A stretch of DNA of 63,925 nucleotides, counting the filler, from Octopus bimaculoides (lineage: Eukaryota): the NCBI RefSeq assembly GCF_001194135.2. It is 5 parts of 5 records of this genome, joined end to end, with 100 filler letters (N's around TTAATTAATTAA, not from the genome) between each part and the next. Parts side by side here need not be neighbours in the genome. Positions count along the whole stretch, not along the records: positions 62,832 to 63,925 come from NC_069000.1; 4 more parts are not named here. One strand, given 5' to 3'. The notes below the pieces were generated by a model. That model worked only from the letters and a program-made list of their open reading frames with translations. It was not told where the DNA came from and ran no database searches. The translations under genes and the position numbers were made by a program. Positions 62,832 to 63,925 of the stretch are shown in pieces. Positions within the stretch are counted from its first letter, which is position 1. Each line of letters starts with the position of its first letter.

Positions 62832-63637
62832 CTTTTACTTGTTTCGGTCATTTGACTGCGGCCATGCTGGAGTACCGCCTTAAGGTTTGATTACTTTTGA
62901 TATGCATAATATGTTGTAATCAATGATTTACTTGTTGTTCTACATTACGTTATTTTCTGCAATAAATGCTCTATCTAATTATGCCATGACTGTTGTACAT
63001 GTATTCAAAACTATCGGAATACATGCGTATATATACATGGGTGCATGATCTTATGAACAGGTTACATATATTTTCAAAAGATTTTCAAGGAACAGCAGGT
63101 TTAGTCAATGTTAAAGCTGTGCATTTTCAACATATTTGATAACATTCTGTGCAAAAGCTACAAATTTACATCATAAGCAATATTATTCACAGTCGCTGCA
63201 ATGTGCACGTCGTCTTGTTGTTTGTTATTGTTTTTTTTTAATGTTCGTTTATTTGATTTTATATAATATGACGTCATGAGAATTTATAAACTTTCAAGAG
63301 AACGTTGAATAATCCTTTTCAGGAATTGGTTTTCGAAATACATATAACGCTATAAAGAATAACATGTTAATGTTAAGTTGAAACACTCTTTTTGGATAAA
63401 AAAGTTCGAAGGCTGCAGGTGGAACTCGAACCCACATCTCCTTCAGGAATGTCAGGTTACCGTTGTACCAAATTAAATGTGCCATTCTACCATTGTACCA
63501 AATTAATCAGTCGAATATCTCTACACGCATCAGAAAATTTATTCTTACCATCGAGAATTGTATGTTGTTGACTTAATAAGCATTTATAAACTTTCGAGAG
63601 AGAGAGTGGAACAATTCTTGAAATATGCATGATGCTA

Positions 63638-63853
63638 CAAGGGGGTACTGAAAAGTTCCTGGCTTTGGGTAAAAGAAAATACAGGAGGATCAGTTAATTA
63701 TGATTTTGTTCAACATATTCGCCTCTCAGATTCACACGCTTATTGCAATGGTATTTCAGTTTTTCTAAGCCCTGTAAAAGAACTTGGAAGGCTGGGCCTC
63801 CAACCAGTTCCTTCGCGACACTATTAAATCCAGGAACTTTTCGGCACCCCTCG
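63638..63853. mobile_element. Complete mariner-derived MITE with TA target-site duplication
   Basis: TA|CAAGGGGGTACTGAAAAGTTCCTGG ... CCAGGAACTTTTCGGCACCCCTCG|TA. Confidence 0.9.
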
Positions 63854-63925
63854 TATAAATAATAGCATGTAAATACTGGGTTGAATAAATATTGGTAAGA
63901 ATAACGATTTTAAAATTTATAGAGA

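Noticed and set aside
63408-63500. tRNA-like sequence on the minus strand (GGTTCGAGTTCC B-box)
   Set aside because: It has no acceptor or anticodon stems and is most likely a decayed tRNA-derived SINE head. No true tRNA or rRNA gene was seen in the window.

Overview
Repeat-dense, AT-rich, gap-ridden animal genomic DNA. The SINE families, microsatellite load and intron sizes fit an Octopus genome best (inference). The only well-supported host gene is a 13-exon, 2298-nt (766-codon) internal part of an SVEP1/polydom orthologue on the minus strand (60996..40910). Its domain order is GCC2/GCC3 - 3 sushi - 2 HYR - sushi - linker with two furin-type sites - 2 GCC2/GCC3. I reconstructed the exons by hand from GT-AG boundaries, and the phases are consistent. 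The 5' part (signal peptide, VWA) and 3' part (third GCC, EGF, pentraxin, sushi array) are not visible. The exon block sits between artificial 100-bp scaffold linkers (44N-TTAATTAATTAA-44N). The rest is transposon debris and simple repeats: mariner/Tc1/hAT fragments and MITEs, RTE-, CR1- and R4-like LINEs, Penelope-like elements (PLEs) and several tRNA-derived SINE families. Most long entries in the ORF track are artefacts of microsatellites or N runs. I see no unambiguous new multi-gene system. The best leads are an R4/Dong-like LINE family whose copies sit at (TACA)n arrays, a PLE-derived repeat with a minimal hammerhead-ribozyme motif carrying a shared core substitution, an open intronic GIY-YIG ORF, a minisatellite built from a SINE head, and several long hairpins. 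All alignments were done by eye; no database search was run.
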